From positions 2,720,001-2,784,000 of the forward strand of contig OY762964.1 of assembly GCA_963667035.1 (NCBI GenBank): a DNA stretch of 64,000 nucleotides. The letters run 5' to 3'. This DNA comes from Candidatus Cloacimonadales bacterium (GTDB taxonomy: Bacteria > Cloacimonadota > Cloacimonadia > Cloacimonadales > JAFGVF01). Shown piece by piece: positions 1-9,084 of the stretch (its first letter is position 1; each line of letters starts with the position of its first letter). Under the pieces are notes generated by a model, which was not told the origin of the DNA, did not search any database, and saw only the letters and a program-made list of their open reading frames with translations. Made by a program: the position numbers and the translations under genes.

Positions 1-497
1 TGATATATACTTTTATCTATTTGCATGCTGTTAAATTCGGTGATTCTGGAAATGGTAAGGCAGACTGGAAGAAACTTTTAAAGCTTCCTCCTTTATGGGG
101 ATTGATTATAGGATTCGGACTAAGTTTTGTCGGTATTGGATTACCTGAAGTATTAGTAAAGTATTGCTATGATATAGGTTCTCCGACTACTCCCTTGATA
201 ATGCTTTCTCTAGGCATTTATTTTCATCCTCAACCTGCAAGAATTCCTAAGGCTTTAGTCGCTGTTGCTATTAGAATGGGAGTAGGATTATTACTTGGAT
301 ATATAGCAGTTAACTTATTAAACATAAATGGAATTGCAAGACCGATAATAATAATAAGTTGCGGGGCACCGATTGGATTCAATACTATAGTCTTTGCCAA
401 TATGGAGGGGCTTGATAAAGAATTTGCTTCTACAATGGTCTCAATATCACTGATTTTAGGACTTGCTTTAGTACCTCTTTTTCTTTATCTTTTATAG
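1..497 (+). CDS. AEC (auxin efflux carrier) family transporter, 5' truncated by window edge
   Basis: Frame is open from position 3. Hydrophobic helices with the P-L-x-M-L-S-L-G and A-P-x-G-F-N pattern of AEC C-terminal halves. Confidence 0.75.
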   Translation, partial: IYTFIYLHAVKFGDSGNGKADWKKLLKLPPLWGLIIGFGLSFVGIGLPEVLVKYCYDIGSPTTPLIMLSLGIYFHPQPARIPKALVAVAIRMGVGLLLGYIAVNLLNINGIARPIIIISCGAPIGFNTIVFANMEGLDKEFASTMVSISLILGLALVPLFLYLL

Positions 498-543
498 ACT
501 GACTTAGTAATTAAGTAACATTTAAATTTTGTGAGGAGAAACA

Positions 544-1461
544 ATGAGACGACTAATATTTATTTTGCCTGTACTAGTTCTATTAGTAGCATGTAATAAA
601 ACTGAGAGTTCTAAAGAGAGTATTTTTGTAAGTATATTACCTCAAAAGTATTTTGCTGATAGAATTGTTGGAGATCTGTTTGATGTTGAAGTAATGGTAG
701 CTCCGGGAAGTAATCCTGCAACTTATGAACCTACCCCTCGTCAGATGAGTAAATTAGGTAGAAGTAAGCTCTTTTATGCTATTGGCGTGCCTTTCGAACA
801 AGCTTGGATTCCAAAAATACAGAAGAATTATCCGGAATTGTTTATTGAAGACACATCAGTTAGTATCAGAAAAAGACCAATGGATGAATCTGCTTCTATA
901 ACAGAAGAAGAGCATCATGATATTCACGAACAAGATGGACATCATGAGCATGGACATATCCATAAACCAGGGTCGAGAGATCCGCATGTATGGTTAGATC
1001 CTGAATATGCGAAAGTTATAAGTAGAACAATGTTCCAATCTCTTTCAAATAAGTATCCTGAACATAATGCAGAGTTTAAATCGAATTATGATTTGTTAGT
1101 TAAAGATCTTGATAGTTTATCGAATGACCTTGCTGAGGTGTTAGACGGAGTTGAGAGCAGAAATCTACTAGTATTCCATCCATCTTGGGGTTATTTAGCA
1201 GATAGATATGGGTTTCGACAGATTCCCATAGAGATTGACAACAGAAATCCAACAGCAAAAGAAACTGCTCAAACGGTTGAATTTGCTAAGCATAAAGAGA
1301 TTAAATATATTTTTATAAACAGCCAAGTCGATTCTTCTCAAGCAGAGAAAATTGCCGAAGAGATTGGTGCAAAAGTTATTTCTATAGATCCATTAGCTTA
1401 CGACTATATCGACAATCTAAAAAAAGTAGCTACAGTTATTTCAGGAAGAATTAGTGAGTAG
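544..1461 (+). CDS. znuA: Zn/Mn ABC transporter substrate-binding lipoprotein
   Basis: Lipobox LVAC, YEPTP, His-rich loop (HHDIHEQDGHHEHGHIH), DPHVWLDP, FHPSWGY; GAGGAG RBS. Confidence 0.92.
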   Translation: MRRLIFILPVLVLLVACNKTESSKESIFVSILPQKYFADRIVGDLFDVEVMVAPGSNPATYEPTPRQMSKLGRSKLFYAIGVPFEQAWIPKIQKNYPELFIEDTSVSIRKRPMDESASITEEEHHDIHEQDGHHEHGHIHKPGSRDPHVWLDPEYAKVISRTMFQSLSNKYPEHNAEFKSNYDLLVKDLDSLSNDLAEVLDGVESRNLLVFHPSWGYLADRYGFRQIPIEIDNRNPTAKETAQTVEFAKHKEIKYIFINSQVDSSQAEKIAEEIGAKVISIDPLAYDYIDNLKKVATVISGRISE

Positions 1462-2185
1462 GATTACTCCTGTTAGCTTCAAGAATGTTAGTTTTGCCTT
1501 CAAGAATAATCTGGTTCTCGAAGATGTCTCTTTCGAACTTGAAGAGAAAGACTTTGTAGCAATTGTTGGACCGAATGGTGGTGGTAAAACAACCTTAGTT
1601 AAGCTTATGCTTGGATTATTAGAAGTCGATAAGGGTGAAGTAAGAATATTAAATGAAAAGCCAACCAAAGTAAGTCAGAAGATTGGTTATGTTCCTCAGT
1701 TTTCATCATTTAACAAACAATATCCAATAACAGTTAAAGAGGTAGTATTGAGTGGTTCCTTGCATAGTAAGTCAATTCTACCGTATTACAGTAAGGATGA
1801 TAAAGAGAGAGCAAAGAGGCTTTTAGAGGAAATGAAAATTACTGCTTTAGGCAACAATCAGGTTAATGAGCTATCGGGAGGACAAATGCAAAGAATGCTT
1901 ATTGCACGAGCTATGATGACGAATCCTGATATTCTCATTCTTGATGAGCCCACAGCAAGTGTTGATATTGCCATGGAGATAGATATATTTGATCTATTGC
2001 ATAATCTAAACAAAGATAAAACTATATTAGTTGTATCTCATGACGTTAATTTTGTCAGTACTTTCGCCAACAAAGTCATTTGTCTAAACAGAAAACTTGT
2101 TATTCACTCTACTTCTGAATTAACTAAGTCTGATAGTAATACAGAACCAAGAACTACTGAAATATTTCATCATTGTCATTTGTAG
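1454..2185 (+). CDS. znuC: Metal ABC transporter ATP-binding protein
   Basis: Walker A GPNGGGKTT, LSGGQ signature, Walker B ILILDEP, H-loop SHD; overlaps znuA. Confidence 0.92.
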   Translation: MSRITPVSFKNVSFAFKNNLVLEDVSFELEEKDFVAIVGPNGGGKTTLVKLMLGLLEVDKGEVRILNEKPTKVSQKIGYVPQFSSFNKQYPITVKEVVLSGSLHSKSILPYYSKDDKERAKRLLEEMKITALGNNQVNELSGGQMQRMLIARAMMTNPDILILDEPTASVDIAMEIDIFDLLHNLNKDKTILVVSHDVNFVSTFANKVICLNRKLVIHSTSELTKSDSNTEPRTTEIFHHCHL

Positions 2186-2191
2186 GAATCT

Positions 2192-3025
2192 ATGGAACAA
2201 CTCTTTTATGATATAACTCATTATAAGTTCCTGATCAATGCTATTCTCGCAAGCATATTTGCAAGCATTATACTAGGTTTACTTGGTCCGTTGATAGTAG
2301 TGAAACGAATCTCATCAATATGTGGCGGGATTGCTCATTCAGCACTAGGCGGTATTGGATTAGCAGTGTTTCTTGGTCTCTCTCCTGTAGTTGGGGCATC
2401 AGTTGCCTCGGTTGTTTCAGCTTTGATAATTAGCTATACTAAGCTTAAAGGGGCTCAACATGAAGAGATTATTATAAGTGTTTTGTGGTCACTGGGAATG
2501 GCTATAGGTCTTATTTTCATTGCATTAACTCCTGGTTATAAAGCTAATCTCATGACCTATCTCTTTGGTAATATCCTTCTGGTTACAGATTCAGAAATTA
2601 TTACCGGATTTATACTTAGTCTTAGTGTTTTTGTTGCAATATTCCTCTTTTATAGGCAATTTATAACGCTTACTTTTGATGAAGAGTTTACTTCTGTCAG
2701 AAGATTAGGTAAAGATAGTTTCTTTACATTGCTACTTCTGTTAGTTTCAATTGCAGTTGTAACACTTATAAAGATTACAGGAATGATATTAGTTATTGCT
2801 TTAATGACTCTTCCTTCGGCAACATCCCTTTTACTTGCAAATAAAATGAGTATTGTTATGCTGTTATCAGTCATATTGAGTCTTATTTATTGTCTATTGG
2901 GAATTGTAATGGGATACTTGCTTAATCTTCCTATTGGGGCAACAATTATAGTGATAAGTAGTCTTAGCTATTTTATTGTTTTGATTGTAAAAAAGATTCC
3001 ATATTTACAGGGAAGTAGATTGTAA
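2192..3025 (+). CDS. znuB: Metal ABC transporter permease
   Basis: Multi-TM protein with IAHSALGG, YLFGNILLV and TFDEEF motifs; operon context. Confidence 0.92.
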   Translation: MEQLFYDITHYKFLINAILASIFASIILGLLGPLIVVKRISSICGGIAHSALGGIGLAVFLGLSPVVGASVASVVSALIISYTKLKGAQHEEIIISVLWSLGMAIGLIFIALTPGYKANLMTYLFGNILLVTDSEIITGFILSLSVFVAIFLFYRQFITLTFDEEFTSVRRLGKDSFFTLLLLLVSIAVVTLIKITGMILVIALMTLPSATSLLLANKMSIVMLLSVILSLIYCLLGIVMGYLLNLPIGATIIVISSLSYFIVLIVKKIPYLQGSRL

Positions 3026-4781
3026 ACTCTGAGCCTTTTCCTATTTCGCTTTTGACTTCTATTTTTCCGCCTGATTTTACAAGATAGTCATGGCTTAAGT
3101 ACAACCCAAGCCCTGCTCCTTTCTCAGCGTTTGTTCCATAAGTTGGCTTACTTTGTTCTAGTGTGAAAAGTTTACTGATTGCCTCTTGTGGCATACCAAT
3201 GCCATTATCCCTAATACTAATCTTTATAAAATCTTTTTCAGTCTTTTCTGTAATTGTAATATTTCCTTTATCGGGAGTAAACTTAATAGCATTTCTGAGA
3301 ATATTTCTTATGACAAGAGAAGGTACATTCTTATCTCCATATAAGAATAAATCCTTCTTAACAAGATTTTTAAGAGTTATATCTTTCTTCTCTATGAACG
3401 ACTTATTGAGTTCAACAATCGAATCAATAATCGGAAGTAGATTTATTTTCTCAATTGAAAACGAATCTTTCTGTAAGCTACTCTTACCCCATTGAAGAAG
3501 GTTATCAAGTAGAAACATTGTTGATTTTGTGTCATTGTAGAGTTCATCAATCAAAGTACTCATTTCCTTTGGAGTTGTTTCGTCTGTCATAAGCAACATC
3601 TCAAGAACTGAATACACGTTGTTGATTGGTCCTCTTAAATCATGAGCAATAACAGAATACAGTTTATCTCTAACAGCTATAGCATTAGCTAACTCTTCAT
3701 TTTTGATTTTATAAAGTTCTTTATCCATCTCATGTTCTTTAGTTTTATGCTTAACCTGTAATTCAGCTAACTTCTGCTGATGAAGTTTATTGTTATACTC
3801 ATCGTTAGCTATTTTTTGTTCTTTAAGATAGTGATATGCATTCTCATAGTCTTTTAGTTCTTCATAAGTTCTGGTAATAATCTCTAATGCTGTGTATATC
3901 AATTGAGTATAGGAAGAGGTTTTAGCCATCTCCAAACCACGGTTAGTTACTTCTAAGGTTTCTTTGTAGTTCTTTAACAGTAGATTACATTCTCCAAGGT
4001 TTACATAACTTCTAGCTAGAGACCTCATATCCTTAGAGTTCTTCTTAATCTCAATTGATTTTTCGAAATATTCCTTACTCATATGATAGTTGCCAAGTGA
4101 TGCTTCAATAATTCCCAGATTATTGTAAATATTGGCAATACCGCTATAGTCCTTTAATTCATTGAACTTTGATAATGCTTCAAGGTATAGTTGTTTGGCT
4201 TTATCATAATTATTAGTTCTGTTGTATATTGAACCAAGGTTTATGAGAATGTTGTTTATGAAGAGGGTTTTATTTTCATAGTCAATATCATTTATGTTTA
4301 AGAGGGTCTTCCCTTCATCAAAGCAAAGCTTGAACTGTTCTTCAGCATGTTTATAGTCATTTAAATAAAAATAGATTATCCCGAAATCATTCTTTATTAA
4401 TAGACTTATATATTTCTCTTTTGGAGGACACTTAGCTTGAGCTTTATAAAGGTTACTGAAAGAGTCTTCATAATTTGCTTGTTGGTATTCAACAACAGCC
4501 AGTTTCCTGTAAGACATAGCAATATGGGCATTCAATGTATCATCAATATCTTTTTGCTGTATTGCAAGATTCAGCAATTTATAAGCAAAATCGAATTTTG
4601 CATAAGATATCAACTCATCGGAGAAATCGTGTATAAGATACCAATATTCATTCTCGACGGCAATTTCTAATGCTTCGAGAATTTGTTTATATGCATCTTC
4701 AGGATGATCCACTAAGTTTTTTTTAGCAAAATCATAACAATTCTGAATAGCTTCATTGTCAAAGCTTCTTCTCATCCCCAT
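2973..4781 (-). CDS. Cytoplasmic TPR-containing sensor histidine kinase
   Basis: N-terminal TPRs (NNLGII, NLGEC), H-box IAHDLRGP, N-box RNILRNAIKFT, DNGIG and GAGLGL boxes; no obvious TM segment. Confidence 0.9.
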   Translation of the reverse strand: MGMRRSFDNEAIQNCYDFAKKNLVDHPEDAYKQILEALEIAVENEYWYLIHDFSDELISYAKFDFAYKLLNLAIQQKDIDDTLNAHIAMSYRKLAVVEYQQANYEDSFSNLYKAQAKCPPKEKYISLLIKNDFGIIYFYLNDYKHAEEQFKLCFDEGKTLLNINDIDYENKTLFINNILINLGSIYNRTNNYDKAKQLYLEALSKFNELKDYSGIANIYNNLGIIEASLGNYHMSKEYFEKSIEIKKNSKDMRSLARSYVNLGECNLLLKNYKETLEVTNRGLEMAKTSSYTQLIYTALEIITRTYEELKDYENAYHYLKEQKIANDEYNNKLHQQKLAELQVKHKTKEHEMDKELYKIKNEELANAIAVRDKLYSVIAHDLRGPINNVYSVLEMLLMTDETTPKEMSTLIDELYNDTKSTMFLLDNLLQWGKSSLQKDSFSIEKINLLPIIDSIVELNKSFIEKKDITLKNLVKKDLFLYGDKNVPSLVIRNILRNAIKFTPDKGNITITEKTEKDFIKISIRDNGIGMPQEAISKLFTLEQSKPTYGTNAEKGAGLGLYLSHDYLVKSGGKIEVKSEIGKGSEFTIYFPVNMESFLQSKQ

Positions 4782-4800
4782 ATTTCCTTCCTGAAACAGA

Positions 4801-6150
4801 TTATTTCTTCTTTTCCAACTCCCTTAAAAGTTTCTCCTTACTAATATCGGGATGTTCAAGCCAAATCTCACGAGCTTGTTTTAAAAACTCCCCTATAAGC
4901 TCGCCTTCACTGATTTCAAATGTATTCATTATATCATGTCCACTGAGAGGAAACGGAGTATCATTATATTCTTCTTTTATTTTATCTAAACGTTTCCTAA
5001 TGAATTCGACTTGCCTAGGCATATTAAAATCAGTTGCATGAGATACATTATCAGCATGAACTAAATCGAGTAACTTGTCAATTAAATCCCCGATATGGTA
5101 GTAGATTTTTCTTAATGTTTTATTTGTCAAGTTTTCTGCTAGATACCCACTATTTTTGAATTTCATGTGATTCTTTATCAAATTACATACATTTACAATA
5201 AACTGCTTTGAGTATCTTAAATTGGTTAGCATTTCAAAGGCAATTTCAGCACTATAACTTTCATGTTTGTAAAAATGAATTCCTTTGCTATCCTCGGTTC
5301 TACTTTTGTACTTACCAACATCGTGTAGTAGTGCCCCCATTCTCGTTTCAAGATCAATCGGAGTATTTTCTACAACGACAACAGTGTGATTCCACACATC
5401 TCCAAAATGGTATTTGTTTTGCTCAAGATTTCTTAAATTCACTAAATCAGGAAGTATATATTTCATAACACCAGTATCCTGTAGTAAGTTAAGACCATAA
5501 CCAACGTTATCACCTATTAGTATCTTCGTTAATTCATCTTTAATTCTTTCTTTGGATATATATTCCAGTTTATCAACATGTTCTTTCATTCCAAACTCAG
5601 TATTGCTCTCTATTTTGTAATTGAATCTTGCAGCAAATCTGATAGCTCTCAATATTCTCAAGGGATCTTCAACAAATATAATTCCAGGGTCAGAAGTTGA
5701 TCTGATAATTCCTTCTTCTATATCGGAATACCCATATCCGCTAATATCAATAATCTCTCCGCTGACAACTTCTTGTAGTAACGAGTTAATAGTAAAATCT
5801 CTTCTATAGATATCATCTTCAATTGTACCTGCTTCAACATCCGGTTTTCTGGATTTATCTCTATAAGACTCTTTTCTAGCCATAACAAATTCAATTGAAT
5901 AGCCATTGATTTGAATCATTGATGTGCCGAAACTCTCAAATATAACTGGCTCGGAGCTAACACCTTTTTCATAAAGGTATTGTGAAAGAAGTACTCCTCC
6001 ATTTGGAATAGCTACAACAATATCCATGTCATTGGAAAGGTGTCCTTTATCCATTACTAAGTCTCTTACGTAACCACCAACAAGATATGTTTTCCCATCA
6101 AACTCAGTTCCAAGTATACATTTTTTGATTAGTTCTCTAATCTTATCCAA
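4801..6150 (-). CDS. cca: CCA tRNA nucleotidyltransferase with HD domain
   Basis: VGGYVRD, DMD, RRDFTIN, EDPLRILRAIRF and LLHDVGK motifs. Start moved to TTG at 6150, which has an AGGTGG RBS. Confidence 0.88.
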   Translation of the reverse strand: MDKIRELIKKCILGTEFDGKTYLVGGYVRDLVMDKGHLSNDMDIVVAIPNGGVLLSQYLYEKGVSSEPVIFESFGTSMIQINGYSIEFVMARKESYRDKSRKPDVEAGTIEDDIYRRDFTINSLLQEVVSGEIIDISGYGYSDIEEGIIRSTSDPGIIFVEDPLRILRAIRFAARFNYKIESNTEFGMKEHVDKLEYISKERIKDELTKILIGDNVGYGLNLLQDTGVMKYILPDLVNLRNLEQNKYHFGDVWNHTVVVVENTPIDLETRMGALLHDVGKYKSRTEDSKGIHFYKHESYSAEIAFEMLTNLRYSKQFIVNVCNLIKNHMKFKNSGYLAENLTNKTLRKIYYHIGDLIDKLLDLVHADNVSHATDFNMPRQVEFIRKRLDKIKEEYNDTPFPLSGHDIMNTFEISEGELIGEFLKQAREIWLEHPDISKEKLLRELEKKK

Positions 6151-6288
6151 GATTCCACCTTTAAATAATTTATATTTATATAATAGGACAAGCTCAAATA
6201 AGTCAATGATAATTAACAAGAAAAGACTAGAATGAGAAAAGGAGTGAATGCAATTAGCAAGCACTCCTTAAAAAAATACACGGATTTA

Positions 6289-8583
6289 TTACTTCTCTGT
6301 TGGTACTACAATTCCCTTGATAATAATGTTCTGGAAGAATATAAACACCAAGAATGTTGGAATTGCAGCAATAACAAGAGCGGCAAACCCAACCCCTGGA
6401 GCTGCTCTTTGCATTAATTGGTAAATACTTACCATCATCGTCCACATAGATTTATCTTGGCAGACAATAAAAGCAAACATGAAGTTTCTGTATGCTGCAT
6501 TAAAAGCACTTAAGGCAATAACAGCCATTATTGGTTTTGAAAGTTGCATAGCTATCTGCCAGAAAAGTCTACTCTCACTAGCTCCGTCTACTGTGGCACT
6601 TTCAAATAATTCTTGTGGCAGAGAATCGAAAAATCCTTTTAAAAGAAAGATAAAATAGCCATCGGCTAGCCCGGGTAAAATAAGAGCCCAAAATGTGTTC
6701 AGCATACCCAGTCTTTTTAATATAAGGAAATTTGGTATTCCCATGACCATTGGAGGGAAAGCCATAGTTAACATCAAAACAAGAATAATCTTATATGCAG
6801 AAGGAAGTTTGAAGCGACTAAGGGCATAGGCTGCTAAAGGATTAACTATTAAAGCAGAAATGATAGCTAATGAAACATAGATAAATGTGTTAAACATTGC
6901 TCTTCCATTATAGAACATTTCATTTAGAACCATAGCATAATTTCTTATAAGATGTTCTCTAAAGATAGCGGGTTTAGTATCTTTGAAATTAAGATAATCT
7001 ATTGTTTGCCAATCAATATTAACATGAGTAAAATCAGAATATACCAGCTTATAAGTTTGATTAATAGTCTCAATGTCTCCGTATTTTTCCTTTAAGTAAC
7101 TAATCCAATTAACTTGCTCCCTGTCTACGTTAACCTCTAAGAATAGTTCAGGCATAGCATTTTTTATAAAGAAGAGCCATTCTCTTTTGTAACTCTCTTT
7201 AATCGGTACGATTTGACTTGGATATATATCATGCTCAGATTTATAACTTGTCCCAAACTCTTTATTCATTCGCTCCAAATCTATTGAATTCCCGTCTATA
7301 GGAAATCTCTTCTTTATATAGTTTATAAAGCTGATTTGAGCACGAGGATTAACGCTTATATTGTTAACATTTGCATAGTTTTTCACAAAATCTTCCCAGT
7401 CTGCAGATATGAATGTGTTTCCGTTAGGGAATTCAGAGCTTAACGCTATATCATTAAAGCTATTAAATCCCTTTTCATACCGTTGATTCAGTTGGGTAAT
7501 ATTGTCATATTTGTTCTTCAACCATTCACGATATCTGTATTCAATACCGATAATGTAAATATCATCAGGAGAGGCTATTGACTCAATAAAGAATGTCCAA
7601 TCTACAAGTAATGCTCCTGATGTAGGAAGCTTATCATGTATTGTTATCTCTGAGAATTTTGCATAATCAGATGAATACGTTCGATTAAGTAGTTCTATAT
7701 CATCATATTTTTCTTTAAGAAAGTTCTGATATTGAGAGATTGCAGAATCCTTAACTCTAAGGTGATGTACATTGAGTGATTTCTTAACAAAATGATCCCA
7801 ATACTTTTGGAGTTTTCCGCTTGGTCTATACATTGGAGTCACGAATTCACCCCATTCAGAAAGATTTAGTCCTAACTGAGCATTGGTGTGTTCAAGGTCA
7901 TTTTGGAAGGCTGGTATGAGTTCATTTGAAACGAAATAACCGTCTATATCAGCATATACTCTCTGCTCATAAGGAACTGCTTTACTGAATTCATTAAATC
8001 TTTGCGTAATGCCTCTAAAATCACCTGAAAAGCTTCTAGAAAGAATGTCTTTAATCTCAATATTGATTTCATCCCATGATTGAACGGAGGAATTATACTT
8101 CTTATTGTATTCCTCCAGAGAATTGTTATTCTCTTTTTTCACAGTTTGCCTAAATCTTCTGTTATTGTATGGTTCAATACTCCTTCCGAAGGATTCAGAC
8201 AAATAGTAATCAAATTGATCATGATTCTTTCCTTCAAGTTTTAGAAACTCATTCCAATCATCACGCTTAATATTGATTGGATCGCTAACTGTTTTAACAA
8301 ACTCAAAGGAAAGAAATCTGTGACCATATACTTCGTTCATGAGATTGGTCTCTTCGTTCATTCTGGACTCAATATGCTTCTTATAGAGCATTTCCTCATT
8401 ATAGAAGTATTTTGGGATTATACTGAAGTATTTAGAATCAACATTGCTTTTAAAAGAAGCAGAAACCATTATCAGAAACGGATATATCATAGTAATTGCT
8501 CCTAAAAGCAATATAAAATGTATAGTTCCGTTTAAAGCTCTAACTTTAAATGTTTTTCTGCCGACTCTTCCTATTATGGGCAT
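6289..8583 (-). CDS. Carbohydrate ABC permease (MalG-like) with very large extracytoplasmic insertion
   Basis: N-terminal TM plus YPFLIM; C-terminal AAYALSR and EAA loop ESATVDGAS; about 500 aa soluble insert. Confidence 0.85.
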   Translation of the reverse strand: MPIIGRVGRKTFKVRALNGTIHFILLLGAITMIYPFLIMVSASFKSNVDSKYFSIIPKYFYNEEMLYKKHIESRMNEETNLMNEVYGHRFLSFEFVKTVSDPINIKRDDWNEFLKLEGKNHDQFDYYLSESFGRSIEPYNNRRFRQTVKKENNNSLEEYNKKYNSSVQSWDEINIEIKDILSRSFSGDFRGITQRFNEFSKAVPYEQRVYADIDGYFVSNELIPAFQNDLEHTNAQLGLNLSEWGEFVTPMYRPSGKLQKYWDHFVKKSLNVHHLRVKDSAISQYQNFLKEKYDDIELLNRTYSSDYAKFSEITIHDKLPTSGALLVDWTFFIESIASPDDIYIIGIEYRYREWLKNKYDNITQLNQRYEKGFNSFNDIALSSEFPNGNTFISADWEDFVKNYANVNNISVNPRAQISFINYIKKRFPIDGNSIDLERMNKEFGTSYKSEHDIYPSQIVPIKESYKREWLFFIKNAMPELFLEVNVDREQVNWISYLKEKYGDIETINQTYKLVYSDFTHVNIDWQTIDYLNFKDTKPAIFREHLIRNYAMVLNEMFYNGRAMFNTFIYVSLAIISALIVNPLAAYALSRFKLPSAYKIILVLMLTMAFPPMVMGIPNFLILKRLGMLNTFWALILPGLADGYFIFLLKGFFDSLPQELFESATVDGASESRLFWQIAMQLSKPIMAVIALSAFNAAYRNFMFAFIVCQDKSMWTMMVSIYQLMQRAAPGVGFAALVIAAIPTFLVFIFFQNIIIKGIVVPTEK

Positions 8584-8592
8584 TATCCAACC

Positions 8593-9030
8593 TTAATCTC
8601 TATTTTCTTTGAAAGACTCCCTACCATCAGGTTCAAAGAATTGTGAATATTTAAATCTGTCTTCACTGTTAATAACATCGATGAATTTTCTCATTTCTTC
8701 TTTTGATAACTCTGATTTCTTACCTAATTCATCATATGCGGTGCTGTTAGGAACTGAATTCTTATAGAAATACAGATGTACTCTTGCATCACTATGAAAC
8801 TCATGTTTTTCCCTTCCGAATTTCTTCAATGTAGTCTGAGGGAATTCCTTCTCTCCATCATATTCAAAAACATAGATATACATTTCATCGCCAGGATAAT
8901 GATAATCACTCATTCCATGCACATAATAGACAGTATTAACAAAATCATCAGAGTAATAAACATCTTCTTTTTTACTGCATCCCACCAATAAAACCATTAC
9001 GACGAATACTAATAATAGTAATTTTTTCAT
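8593..9030 (-). CDS. Hypothetical lipoprotein
   Basis: AGGAGG RBS, MKK plus hydrophobic stretch plus LVGC lipobox. Confidence 0.75.
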   Translation of the reverse strand: MKKLLLLVFVVMVLLVGCSKKEDVYYSDDFVNTVYYVHGMSDYHYPGDEMYIYVFEYDGEKEFPQTTLKKFGREKHEFHSDARVHLYFYKNSVPNSTAYDELGKKSELSKEEMRKFIDVINSEDRFKYSQFFEPDGRESFKENRD

Positions 9031-9084
9031 AACCAAATCCTCCTGAATTGATTCAATTTATTTAATGAATCTGCCTGTATTAAA

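Noticed and set aside
6151..6264. N-terminal extension of the CCA enzyme ORF
   Set aside because: The family-like sequence and an RBS begin at TTG 6150; the extension looks like intergenic DNA.
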